Origin: Escherichia phage vB_EcoM_UP17
Sequence record: LR746137
DNA length: 64,000 nt
Strand: one strand, 5' to 3'
Position numbers and translations under genes: made by a program. The notes beneath the pieces are model-generated. The model did no database searches and was not told the DNA's origin. It saw nothing but the letters and a program-made list of their open reading frames with translations. Shown piece after piece: positions 38,762-47,273 of the stretch (positions are counted from its first letter, which is position 1; each line of letters starts with the position of its first letter).

Positions 38762-39325
38762 CTAAATAGTTTTACTGTGATCATGACAGTGTAATAAATG
38801 ATGTATAGACCGTTGAGGATTTGTTTGACCTAATCTGTAAATGTGAAACAGATACATTCCCCGCATCAATCCTAACCTCTTTCCTTTTTCATGTAAAGTG
38901 CGAGAGAAAATTAAGTCGAATTGGATAGATTTTTCTTCGAAAGGAATTTCATTCCACAATGATTTTCTAAAAAGCAAAAAGAAACCTGCCAGAGGTGTTC
39001 CGAAAGGAACTTCTTCAACATTTACTTTATGATATTCTCTTGCAATCTTAGCATATTCTATATGGTTTAGAATATCGGGATCATCGTTAATTTGGTTAGA
39101 GAAAAGCTGATAACCACTACCTAACCTGTTACAAGTTGCACCTATTACATCAAAAGGCGGGTTTGACATAACAAGCTCTTCAAGCAAAGATGGTTGATCA
39201 GGTAGGAGGAACATCGTATCGGTATCTCTTAAACACACCCAACTATCATCTGGAAGAACGGCAATGGCTTCATTGATAGCCTTGCCGATATTTCCTGTCA
39301 GATAGGGAGTAATATAATAAATCAT
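38762..39325 (-). CDS. Possible second GT-A-like glycosyltransferase
   Basis: 187 aa; DxD-like CLRDTDTMF motif; adjacent to three other glycosyltransferases. Confidence 0.35.
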   Translation of the reverse strand: MIYYITPYLTGNIGKAINEAIAVLPDDSWVCLRDTDTMFLLPDQPSLLEELVMSNPPFDVIGATCNRLGSGYQLFSNQINDDPDILNHIEYAKIAREYHKVNVEEVPFGTPLAGFFLLFRKSLWNEIPFEEKSIQFDLIFSRTLHEKGKRLGLMRGMYLFHIYRLGQTNPQRSIHHLLHCHDHSKTI

Positions 39326-39341
39326 TCTCCCCTCCGTTATA

Positions 39342-39533
39342 TTAACTGTCGGCTACAATCCCACGTTTAATCATTTCCTGTTGGATCTGGATCACACGAT
39401 CTCGTGCTTCCATGTATTCTTTAAAAGATTCTTGGAGATGATCACGAGCTACATCCCGTAGTTTAATCAGTTTGTCGTTTGTCACTTCTTGAAGAGAGAT
39501 CTCGCCAGTTTCATTGGTCCCAAGCGTTTTCAT
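39342..39533 (-). CDS. Hypothetical small protein
   Basis: 63 aa ORF. Confidence 0.4.
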   Translation of the reverse strand: MKTLGTNETGEISLQEVTNDKLIKLRDVARDHLQESFKEYMEARDRVIQIQQEMIKRGIVADS

Positions 39534-39741
39534 TTACAACCTCCTTAATAGCTACTGCACAGTTCTTACAAATACATTGACCTTTGTTCTTAGAAATTTC
39601 AATGTAAGGTTCATTTTCGTTTTCTCCGCGTCGTGAGTCGTATATTACTGTATTGAAGCAGACAACGCAAATGTTTTTAATAACGACATATTTTTGCACT
39701 TTTTGTTTAGTGCGAAAATTGACTTCAATGACTTCTCCCAT
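39511..39741 (-). CDS. Small zinc-ribbon-like protein (start revised to internal ATG)
   Basis: CVVCF ... CICKNC Cys pairs; internal ATG at 39741 has a GGGGAG RBS and overlaps the upstream stop (TGATG), preferred over the track start at 39789. Confidence 0.4.
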   Translation of the reverse strand: MGEVIEVNFRTKQKVQKYVVIKNICVVCFNTVIYDSRRGENENEPYIEISKNKGQCICKNCAVAIKEVVNENAWDQ

Positions 39742-40025
39742 CAGTGAATCTCCCCTAAAATGTTGTTTTGAGACATTACTGCGGAGCATTCTACAGCATC
39801 ATGAGTCCTTGCAAAACGCTCCCACAACACAGCATCTACTTTAAGGACCATACAAGGATAAATACTGTCGTTAATCATGTCAATGCTATATTTATCTACA
39901 TCCTTTTCATCTTCCATAAACAGAGTAGCATATGCTTCCAAATGTTTACGGGTGTAGTATACATCCTCTTCGGTAAGACCAACAACCAGGTAACTTGCTA
40001 CAACAACAGTATTATCTTCTTGCAT
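39741..40025 (-). CDS. Hypothetical protein (start revised to internal ATG)
   Basis: ATG at 40025 is preceded by GGGGAG and lies 2 nt after the upstream stop; the track start at 40088 would overlap the upstream gene by 62 nt. Confidence 0.4.
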   Translation of the reverse strand: MQEDNTVVVASYLVVGLTEEDVYYTRKHLEAYATLFMEDEKDVDKYSIDMINDSIYPCMVLKVDAVLWERFARTHDAVECSAVMSQNNILGEIH

Positions 40026-40026
40026 T

Positions 40027-40548
40027 TTAACTCCCCTTTGGTAGATAGAAACCATGCACTTTATCTCGATAAACAAGACGCATATCACGTTCCCAGTGTG
40101 TCCTTATATTCCGTTTCTTGAAGTATAGCGCACCTTTAGTAACATCTAAAACAGATCGCAATTCAGGAAAATGTTTCTCTAAATAAAGTAAACGCTCCGC
40201 TATTGCTTTTGCTTCCTGCCACTTATCTTTCTCTGTTACGTTAAAAGTTTTCGCATATGAGAATTGCCCTTTCTGGAACAAGACTCCTCTGACTGTGTTA
40301 GGGAAATAAGCATCATTTCTTCTGTTGATCACTACATTCCCAACGGCATTCATTCCTTTTTTACCCAGACCGCGACCTTCTGCGTAAATTGCACAAGCTA
40401 ATAGAATTTTATCATTATATTGCTTTGTACATTTGTGAACTACTTTAGCGGTTTTTACGTTTGCAGCTTCGGCTTTCGCCATAACAGGTGTAAATGTAAA
40501 AGCAGTTAAGGATAGTAACGCAACTGTTACAAAGTTTTTTATCAGCAA
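40027..40548 (-). CDS. Secreted cell-wall hydrolase, SleB/CwlJ-like
   Basis: Predicted signal peptide MLIKNFVTVALLSLTAFTFTPVMA; LACAIYAEGRGLG...NAVGNVVINR resembles the SleB/Hydrolase_2 core. Confidence 0.55.
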   Translation of the reverse strand: MLIKNFVTVALLSLTAFTFTPVMAKAEAANVKTAKVVHKCTKQYNDKILLACAIYAEGRGLGKKGMNAVGNVVINRRNDAYFPNTVRGVLFQKGQFSYAKTFNVTEKDKWQEAKAIAERLLYLEKHFPELRSVLDVTKGALYFKKRNIRTHWERDMRLVYRDKVHGFYLPKGS

Positions 40549-40609
40549 ATTTTGCCTCCTTTTTAAGTTAACGAACTTCTAGTATAACACGATAGAGGCT
40601 TTATTGCAA

Positions 40610-40630
40610 GAGGGGGATTTCTCCCCCCTC
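40610..40630 (-). terminator. GC-rich hairpin between the TerD-like gene and the hydrolase gene
   Basis: GAGGGGG / CCCCCTC stem with 7-nt loop; only a moderate U-tract on the minus strand. Confidence 0.4.
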
Positions 40631-40648
40631 AAAATCATTTGTTAATTA

Positions 40649-41251
40649 TTATGGACATTCATACCATTCTTTTTTACCACCGAAGGCCATCACCACATCG
40701 CAAATATCCAGACCAGCTTTACCTACACCATATGCTTTCAGCTTCCATTCCCCATCTTCACGAACCAGCGAAGCCACGTGGCAGATTGTGTTGCCAGCTA
40801 CTTCAGGAGCCAGGAAGTCAAAATCCAGAATTTCCACATTGCGCTCGGAGTCGAAGATTTTAAGCATACCTTCAGAAGCATGACCAAAACGTTTCAGACC
40901 TGTATCATCATCAATGGTCAGAACAAAGGCAATCTCTTGTGCATCAGGAGAGATTTTAGCCAGAGTAATATCAATCTGCTCCATGCTGCCAGTTCCATCA
41001 CGAACATCGTCACCAGCGAAGGTAGAACGTTCAGGATCAAACTTGTTAGCATAGCAAACCAGATGACGTGCAGACAGCATTTCAGGATTGCCAGCGGCAT
41101 TATGACGACAAACCAGTGCACTTACATCCAGATCCAGTTTAGAATCAGATTTCCAAGAGAATTCCAGGCGCAGTTCTTTCAGAGCCGGAGCAACTTTCTT
41201 CAGGGAAATTTTTTCGCTAGAACCTTTTTTCAGGGAAATTTTATCAGTCAT
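40649..41251 (-). CDS. TerD-domain protein
   Basis: 200 aa; N-terminal MTDKISLKKGSSEKISLKK; core LDLDVSALV ... GDDVRDGTGSMEQIDITLAKI ... IAFVLTIDD typical of the TerD/CABP fold. Confidence 0.75.
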   Translation of the reverse strand: MTDKISLKKGSSEKISLKKVAPALKELRLEFSWKSDSKLDLDVSALVCRHNAAGNPEMLSARHLVCYANKFDPERSTFAGDDVRDGTGSMEQIDITLAKISPDAQEIAFVLTIDDDTGLKRFGHASEGMLKIFDSERNVEILDFDFLAPEVAGNTICHVASLVREDGEWKLKAYGVGKAGLDICDVVMAFGGKKEWYECP

Positions 41252-41266
41252 CTTTTGTCTCCTCTA

Positions 41267-41536
41267 TTATTTAAGTGTAATACCAGTTACAGTCAATTCT
41301 ACTTCCAAAAGCTTAGATGTGTTTTGGATTGATACTAATTGTGCATGATGGTTTAGTTCTACAGCAGAATAATCATTTTCCCCATCATCTACTTTTAAAT
41401 AAACAATGATTTCACTAAGGTCTAAACCATTTTCGTCAAATGCATTTTCATAGACGAAAGTATCTCCTACATCCAAATCTTTAATGGTAAGGCATCGTTT
41501 ATTTACTTTTTGCTCATCAATTTCGAAGTTTAACAC
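41267..41536 (-). CDS. Small protein, paralog B of a duplicated pair
   Basis: 89 aa; shares (D/K)DLDVG(D/A)TF and V(E/D)L(T/E)VT(G/N)ITLK blocks with 42558..42836. Confidence 0.5.
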   Translation of the reverse strand: MLNFEIDEQKVNKRCLTIKDLDVGDTFVYENAFDENGLDLSEIIVYLKVDDGENDYSAVELNHHAQLVSIQNTSKLLEVELTVTGITLK

Positions 41537-41765
41537 TTCTTCCTCCTAATGTTATCTCCGGTTTGTATATACGAAGAATTATAGCATTTTCATTTTCTTT
41601 GTCAACCCATTCTTCATAATCGGGCCATACATGAATCTCTACTCTACTTACAATATCTTCCATTCGCACAGTCCCAATGAAATACTCTTTGAGACTGCGC
41701 ATAATGAAAGCTTCTCTCTCGCGCCAATAATTTTCTACGACTTGAGAGGCAAGCTCGTCGATCAT
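41517..41765 (-). CDS. Hypothetical protein
   Basis: 82 aa ORF, translationally coupled. Confidence 0.45.
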   Translation of the reverse strand: MIDELASQVVENYWREREAFIMRSLKEYFIGTVRMEDIVSRVEIHVWPDYEEWVDKENENAIILRIYKPEITLGGRSVKLRN

Positions 41766-42556
41766 TTTTTAGCACCTACTTTAACAACCCACTCTCCGAA
41801 CTCTTCAGATAAGAGTTTGTCATAAAGCTCTGAATCTGTCAAGTCTAAATCTTTAATGCCAATAAAACCAACATTATCATAAGCATTTGCCAGTTCTTTC
41901 AGGAAGCCAAACTTCTCATTACCAACGCCAACCATGAACCAATAAATAGGTTTATTCTTATTCTCTTCAATAAGACGACGAACAGCACTAGGATCACCAT
42001 TCTCACCATCCGTTTGGAAGAATACAACACCAGGGGTAACGTCAGCACCTGGTTCAGATACAGCTACAACCTTTTCACGCTCTACAGATACTGTTTCAGT
42101 TTTACCAAGCAGACGATTAAAGAAGCCTTTCTTTGGAGCCTCCTCTTGTACCACTTGTTTAGTGGTAATATATTTGGTAACAGTGCCAAAATACTCGTCG
42201 TAGATATCTGCCATTACAGGGGCGTAGTTTGTTCCACCTCCGATACGAACATTACGCATACATTTACCAACATAATCATCGTAAACGTCTGCTGTTGCTG
42301 GGGTAAGCTCTTGAGAACTCGTATTGAAGGCCCACATATCAATTTGTTCATTATCGTCGAACAGCATACCAAAAGGAAGCAGTTTACCTACAAAATCACT
42401 CACTACCCCACTAGAATATAGACCATGCATACTACCAGAAATATCTAGAGCACATGCTACACGAAGAACAATCTTACCTTCATTCAGGTTCTTATTCTTT
42501 TTCAGAGAGAAAGCAAGGTTTTCTTGACGTTTTTTCAGGCTGATTTTCTCGGACAT
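41762..42556 (-). CDS. vWA-domain protein (TerY-like)
   Basis: MIDAS motif DISGSM; GGTNYAPV; VVFFQTDGENGD; N-terminus MSEKISLKK resembles the start of the TerD-like protein. Confidence 0.6.
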   Translation of the reverse strand: MSEKISLKKRQENLAFSLKKNKNLNEGKIVLRVACALDISGSMHGLYSSGVVSDFVGKLLPFGMLFDDNEQIDMWAFNTSSQELTPATADVYDDYVGKCMRNVRIGGGTNYAPVMADIYDEYFGTVTKYITTKQVVQEEAPKKGFFNRLLGKTETVSVEREKVVAVSEPGADVTPGVVFFQTDGENGDPSAVRRLIEENKNKPIYWFMVGVGNEKFGFLKELANAYDNVGFIGIKDLDLTDSELYDKLLSEEFGEWVVKVGAKK

Positions 42557-42557
42557 A

Positions 42558-42836
42558 TTATTTCTCCTTCTTAAGTGTAATATTGGTAACTTCTAAATCT
42601 ACTTCCACCATATTTGTATCTGGTGGGATGCAATGAGTATAGCCTCGTTGTGCTAGTGATCCATTAATACAGATCGCACTGTTTGTGGAATTTTTAATGA
42701 ACACCAAGTTACGGTAGGTATCCAACCCTGCGTCTTCATAGGCATCATAATACATGAATGTGGCCCCTACGTCAAGATCTTCGAAAGCAATAGGTAAATC
42801 CTGACCTTTTTCTTCTTGAATATTGAATCTAAACAC
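42558..42836 (-). CDS. Small protein, paralog A (start revised to GTG with AGGAGG RBS)
   Basis: GTG at 42836 is preceded by GAGGAG and aligns with the N-terminus of paralog B; the track ATG at 42902 would overlap the upstream gene by 74 nt. Confidence 0.45.
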   Translation of the reverse strand: MFRFNIQEEKGQDLPIAFEDLDVGATFMYYDAYEDAGLDTYRNLVFIKNSTNSAICINGSLAQRGYTHCIPPDTNMVEVDLEVTNITLKKEK

Positions 42837-43392
42837 GCATACCTCCTCTACCAATTTTGAAGCCCAAATCGTAAGCTTCCTTAGTGATCTTTTGTAACTC
42901 ACTTATAGGAAGTGTTACAAGAGGATCATCTTCTTCAATTTCCATCTTGTCATCTTCTGTTTCAATGAGAGTATTATGCACTTTGTGATAAGGGTTGTCA
43001 ACACGTTTAAACTTATTCTTTTCTGTGCTGAAAAAACAATCTGGATCTTCTTCACCATCACCCCAACCTTGATTAGGATCTCCGTCAGATTGTTCTGTAG
43101 GGATTTCACCTGTAAAGTACTCTTCCAGCACCATAGCAATACCGTCCCTTGGATTTGAGGAATGCATTAAATCACAAACCTTACCCCAATCCATAGCCCA
43201 TTCGAACCGTTCACGAACGCCATTTTCATCCTCTTTTCCAGAGAAAACACAACCATAACTATCATAGTTGCCATACATCTCTTCAATAACAACACCGTCT
43301 TTCAAAAGAAAGAGGTAGCAAGGTGATCCGTCGAAAGAAGTAGAAAGGGCAGCTTTGCCCGATTCTTTGCACAAAAAACTAAAACAACCCAT
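42829..43392 (-). CDS. Hypothetical acidic protein
   Basis: 187 aa ORF. Confidence 0.5.
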   Translation of the reverse strand: MGCFSFLCKESGKAALSTSFDGSPCYLFLLKDGVVIEEMYGNYDSYGCVFSGKEDENGVRERFEWAMDWGKVCDLMHSSNPRDGIAMVLEEYFTGEIPTEQSDGDPNQGWGDGEEDPDCFFSTEKNKFKRVDNPYHKVHNTLIETEDDKMEIEEDDPLVTLPISELQKITKEAYDLGFKIGRGGMRV

Positions 43393-43589
43393 TACAAACC
43401 CTCCTTCAGATTATCAAGAGCTACAGTGGTTTCACAAAATTCTCCATAAGCTTTATGATGTTCCAGAAAAGCTTCGGGTCCACCCCAGTCATTATCTTGT
43501 GTATTCCAGCCATCAATAAAAGCATCTTCAATGATTGTGATCAGTTCCTGTCGAGTCAACGTAATGGTATCAGGCTTTGGATTATGCAT
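43392..43589 (-). CDS. Hypothetical small protein
   Basis: 65 aa ORF. Confidence 0.45.
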   Translation of the reverse strand: MHNPKPDTITLTRQELITIIEDAFIDGWNTQDNDWGGPEAFLEHHKAYGEFCETTVALDNLKEGL

Positions 43590-43755
43590 CTTCTTCCTCC
43601 TCTAAAATATGAAACCCATAGCTACAATAGTCCTGAAAGGTTTCGTGTGCAAGATCTTCTATATCCTCTTGAGACATATCATCTTCAATTTCGATATCCA
43701 CAACCTCATTGCATCCACACCAAGCAGTTTCAATATTCACCCGTAATATTTTCAT
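43582..43755 (-). CDS. Hypothetical small acidic protein (57 aa)
   Basis: ATG overlaps the upstream stop (TAATG) and its stop overlaps the downstream start; contains WCGC. Below track cutoff. Confidence 0.3.
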   Translation of the reverse strand: MKILRVNIETAWCGCNEVVDIEIEDDMSQEDIEDLAHETFQDYCSYGFHILEEEEDA

Positions 43756-43952
43756 TACTCCTCCTCCTCATTGAAGTCAATATCTGCAAGGAGTTGGAAT
43801 TTACGGAAGTTACGACAACCTTCATAAATATAACAATCACGACAAACTGCTAGAACACTTGGGGGATATATGCCTCCCATCGGTGCGAATCGTTTTTCGT
43901 CATCATAACGGACACCAATGTCTTCATCAATTATATAGATACGGATTCTCAT
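43755..43952 (-). CDS. Small Cys-containing protein
   Basis: 65 aa; CRDC ... C motif. Confidence 0.4.
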   Translation of the reverse strand: MRIRIYIIDEDIGVRYDDEKRFAPMGGIYPPSVLAVCRDCYIYEGCRNFRKFQLLADIDFNEEEE

Positions 43953-45061
43953 TTACCAAGCCCTCGTTTCACAGCAGCTACCATCCCGTCTTCCAGAGAT
44001 TGAACTTCATTAATATAATCAACACGAGCAGCACGGGCTTCCGTATTGATGCGGTTAGTTTCTTCCAACATCTTAACCAAGTTTTCCTGATCGTGACGCA
44101 GAGTTTCAATATCCAACACTTGACGGTTAGCCAGTGCTGCTGCTTCGATCTGATTCTGTGTAGCAAGATCGCTACCCAGTTTAATTGCCAGGTTAAATTC
44201 ATCAAGAACGTTATTCTGCGTCTCTGCTGCTTTCATTTGACGTAAGCTCTCGATATACATTGAGAAGTTAGCAGAGTAAGCAGGAATAACATTATTTACT
44301 ATGTTACGCGCAGATCGCATTAAGCTTGCAGAAACTTTTTGCATACCTTGTACACGCGGTCCCATTTGGACACACAGTAGGCGCAATGCCTTTAAATCTG
44401 CAATACGAATCTCCAGAAGATCCAAAGTGTCTCGGATCACTTGTCGCTGTTCTACTGCATCTTCTGGAAGAGCAGCCAAAGCTTGTTCTTCTTTTTCATA
44501 GGTTGCTGTTAGAAGCTGCATATCTCGGTTCAAACTTGCAGCATATTGTCCAATAGCTTGATGCAGTTTTTCAAGATATACCAAGGAATCTTCTTCTTTG
44601 CGAATATCCATTTGAAGGTTCTTTACCAACTCTTCAATACGGTTATTAACATTATCAAACTCCCCAAACAGGTCTTCTTTCATACCCATAACTTTTTTAA
44701 TGAGTTTAGTAATACCTTTGCTTTGTTTAATAGAGTTTGGATCAAGTTGTTTTGCCTGTTTAATCAAAGCTGTGAGTCGTTCACTCATCTGATCGCCTTG
44801 ATTACTACGTTGATGTTTTAATACCTCGGCATTCAAGGAACGCAAGGTTGTTCCTGCCTCTGCCCCAATCTCTTCGATCTCTTGTCGGGTCATAGAAGGC
44901 AAAACTGGAACGTCTTGTGGTGCCGCTGGTGCATAAACAGGACTGGCATCTAACACGCTTGGAGCGAATACAGATTTACTTGCATCTGTTGTTGCAGCAA
45001 ATACGCTCATTTCAGGCTTCTTCTGACCACCAGTAGCTGCTTTTAAAAATGGACTTGTCAT
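43949..45061 (-). CDS. TelA/KlaA-like (toxic anion resistance family) protein, tentative
   Basis: 370 aa, largely helical/coiled-coil composition; size and placement inside a cluster with TerD, TerC and vWA genes. Call is by gestalt, not a specific motif. Confidence 0.4.
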   Translation of the reverse strand: MTSPFLKAATGGQKKPEMSVFAATTDASKSVFAPSVLDASPVYAPAAPQDVPVLPSMTRQEIEEIGAEAGTTLRSLNAEVLKHQRSNQGDQMSERLTALIKQAKQLDPNSIKQSKGITKLIKKVMGMKEDLFGEFDNVNNRIEELVKNLQMDIRKEEDSLVYLEKLHQAIGQYAASLNRDMQLLTATYEKEEQALAALPEDAVEQRQVIRDTLDLLEIRIADLKALRLLCVQMGPRVQGMQKVSASLMRSARNIVNNVIPAYSANFSMYIESLRQMKAAETQNNVLDEFNLAIKLGSDLATQNQIEAAALANRQVLDIETLRHDQENLVKMLEETNRINTEARAARVDYINEVQSLEDGMVAAVKRGLGK

Positions 45062-45648
45062 TCTTCATTCTCCTCTTCTGCATCTCTTATATATGGTGAA
45101 ACACCGTACTCTTTAGCTACTTTAACCCAATCGTCCCATTTATACAACCATAATTTTCCTTCGGTCCCTTCTTTATCTGATTTCAACCACATATTCGGTT
45201 GCTTACCTGGGTACATGCGATTAGGTTTACGATTATAACCTCTAACACATCTTGTCGCAAACCTATCTACCAGAACAAGAACATATTTATATTCGTGGTT
45301 CAACGGCTCTTTGGAAGTGGCTTTAGGATTAGCCCCTAATTCTGCTGCCAGTTTTTGCCAATGAGCACCGTGCCTACTAAACTTACCCATACAACCATCA
45401 ATAGCATGAGCAATTTCGTGCTTCATTGTATCCACGATCATATCTCTTGTGGAGTTCTTATGCAAGTGCCAATTTACAACAACAATTTTATCTCGGTAGT
45501 TGCACCAACCGAAAGAGTTATTCACTTTGTTTCTAACACAAGCTTTATATCCTGCTTCACGTAACATGTTGTAGTAAACAGGAAAATCTTCTTTTATTTC
45601 CTGCATCACTTCCCACCACAAGAGTTGCAAGTCTCTCTCGGTATGCAT
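45058..45648 (-). CDS. Zinc metallopeptidase-like protein (HExxH, SprT-like)
   Basis: HEIAH motif in MKHEIAHAIDG; 196 aa; acidic C-terminal tail. Confidence 0.45.
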   Translation of the reverse strand: MHTERDLQLLWWEVMQEIKEDFPVYYNMLREAGYKACVRNKVNNSFGWCNYRDKIVVVNWHLHKNSTRDMIVDTMKHEIAHAIDGCMGKFSRHGAHWQKLAAELGANPKATSKEPLNHEYKYVLVLVDRFATRCVRGYNRKPNRMYPGKQPNMWLKSDKEGTEGKLWLYKWDDWVKVAKEYGVSPYIRDAEEENEE

Positions 45649-45651
45649 AAC

Positions 45652-46245
45652 TTACACCTTAAAAGCGAAATGCGTGGTCGTGGCTTCAAAATCAGGGCCA
45701 GATAAACTTGCACTGAAATCTGAAATATTTGTAATTAAAAAGCTTTTATGCATACCTAACACAGCCACGCTTTCAATATCTTCTACTAACATTTCAATCA
45801 TGTTAGAAACATGGCTGAACGTAGAGTTTTGTTTTTTGATGGTGTAGAAAGAAAGATTCCCACCTGCTATATAAGATACCTCTTCAAAATCTTTAATCGT
45901 ATATTGTGTGCCATCAGTAAAGAAAATGGTAGCTTTATTAGTAGCACGTTTCTTGTTTTTTGGTCCTTTTTTACGTTTACTGCGAGTAGGCAAACCGTTT
46001 GGAAATACCGTAGCTACAAATTCTTCAGGAGAAACCTCCTTACCGAAATCATAACCGTAAGAAACAGCGTCTATAAACTCGTCGTCTTCATTTTTAAAAT
46101 AATGAAAATAGGGCCAATTTGAGAGATTATCAAGCATCTTATGCTCATCCACAGCAGAGAACGTATCCCTCAAAGCCCGTGTGATTTGCAAAGCATTAGG
46201 CAAACTTTTAACACCTGTAATGGAAGTACGAATAGAAATTGTCAT
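45652..46245 (-). CDS. Hypothetical protein
   Basis: 197 aa ORF. Confidence 0.5.
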   Translation of the reverse strand: MTISIRTSITGVKSLPNALQITRALRDTFSAVDEHKMLDNLSNWPYFHYFKNEDDEFIDAVSYGYDFGKEVSPEEFVATVFPNGLPTRSKRKKGPKNKKRATNKATIFFTDGTQYTIKDFEEVSYIAGGNLSFYTIKKQNSTFSHVSNMIEMLVEDIESVAVLGMHKSFLITNISDFSASLSGPDFEATTTHFAFKV

Positions 46246-46259
46246 TGTTTTTCTCCTTA

Positions 46260-46697
46260 TTAACGTCGCTTGCTACGAGATGAACTCTTTTTACTTAAAG
46301 GGCTATTGTAAGATTTACGAGTTGTATAGCTACTATTTGTTTTAAAAGTTTGTCTCGGCTTTTCATAAGTTTTTATCTCTTGTTTAGGCTTACTATAAAA
46401 ATTAGTTTTCGGTTTAGGTGTATTATAATGCTTATTAATAATCGTTCTGTTATCGTTATAATCCCCACTGCTACGATTACTACCGCCACTCATCATATGC
46501 CCTAACAACATACCTGTAGCAAACTCACCAACACCGCTACTACTAGAACCGCCACCATTGTTGATAATAGTTGTATCTCCGTCAGATCCTTGTTGAGCGT
46601 ATTGTTGAGGAGGTTGTTGGTATTGTGCAGGATTTGTTTCATCCTCGCAAGCTGTTAAAAAGATACAACCAATTAAAATCAGGGCTAGTTTTTTCAT
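46260..46697 (-). CDS. Lipoprotein (start revised to internal ATG)
   Basis: MKKLALILIGCIFLTAC signal peptide with lipobox; GAGG RBS upstream of the ATG at 46697; Gly/Ser-rich mature region. Confidence 0.5.
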   Translation of the reverse strand: MKKLALILIGCIFLTACEDETNPAQYQQPPQQYAQQGSDGDTTIINNGGGSSSSGVGEFATGMLLGHMMSGGSNRSSGDYNDNRTIINKHYNTPKPKTNFYSKPKQEIKTYEKPRQTFKTNSSYTTRKSYNSPLSKKSSSRSKRR

Positions 46698-46884
46698 ATT
46701 TGCTTTCCTCGTTTTGGCTATTAATACATCTGTGTTTGAAATCTCCAGAGAAGCAATAAAGTTGCTCTCCATCTCGGTATAAACTCACTTTACTGCCGTT
46801 GATTACGCTTGTCAATACAAAAATTACAACAAACAACCCTATTGCAAAACAAATATTTTCAAACACAATCAACAAGTATTTCAT
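46639..46884 (-). CDS. Small membrane protein
   Basis: 81 aa; hydrophobic N-terminus LLIVFENICFAIGLFVVIFVLT; ATG overlaps the upstream stop (ATGA); its 3' end overlaps the lipoprotein start by about 59 nt. Confidence 0.4.
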   Translation of the reverse strand: MKYLLIVFENICFAIGLFVVIFVLTSVINGSKVSLYRDGEQLYCFSGDFKHRCINSQNEESKYEKTSPDFNWLYLFNSLRG

Positions 46885-47231
46885 TTTAAAAATACCTCAT
46901 CATCAGTTTCATTATCCCAGAAGAACAAATCCCAACCATTAGGATCATTCCACTTGGCTGCTGGAGAAGTCCAGAGTTGTTCGATATCAATATTCAAAAC
47001 TTCACCGTTTCGTTTTGAAACAGCTTTAGTTAATTCCCAACGAGATACAGGTTCTACCTCTCCTGAACCACTTCCACAACAAGCTACTACGTTAGGAGGA
47101 AGGTTAATTGGATCTTTGGTCACAATCATAACGCTTACCCCAGGGTAAACTTTTGAAAGATAATCTGAAACGTAATCCACATCACCACATAAGTCCCAAA
47201 CAAGTTCTTGAATTTCATCAAAATTGCTCAT
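46881..47231 (-). CDS. Hypothetical acidic protein
   Basis: 116 aa ORF. Confidence 0.5.
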   Translation of the reverse strand: MSNFDEIQELVWDLCGDVDYVSDYLSKVYPGVSVMIVTKDPINLPPNVVACCGSGSGEVEPVSRWELTKAVSKRNGEVLNIDIEQLWTSPAAKWNDPNGWDLFFWDNETDDEVFLK

Positions 47232-47240
47232 AAGTCTCTC

Positions 47241-47266
47241 CTATAAAATAGCCTCCCGAAGGAGGC
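47241..47266 (-). terminator. Rho-independent terminator (minus strand) after the TerC-like gene
   Basis: GCCTCC-CGAA-GGAGGC hairpin (47251-47266) followed on the minus strand by UAUUUUAUAGG. Confidence 0.5.
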
Positions 47267-47273
47267 TCATCTA

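Noticed and set aside
38238-38765. 175-aa plus-strand ORF
   Set aside because: Antisense to the GT-A glycosyltransferase gene inside a uniformly minus-strand operon; no independent support.
40778-41332. 184-aa plus-strand ORF
   Set aside because: Antisense to the TerD-domain gene, which carries a strong recognisable motif; treated as spurious.
43859-44821. Several plus-strand ORFs (128, 66, 76 and 91 aa)
   Set aside because: All antisense to the 370-aa TelA-like gene in a minus-strand operon.
46260-46772. Track start at 46772 for the lipoprotein ORF (170 aa)
   Set aside because: The first 25 codons lack a signal peptide and overlap the upstream membrane ORF; the internal ATG at 46697 has an RBS and gives a canonical lipoprotein signal peptide.
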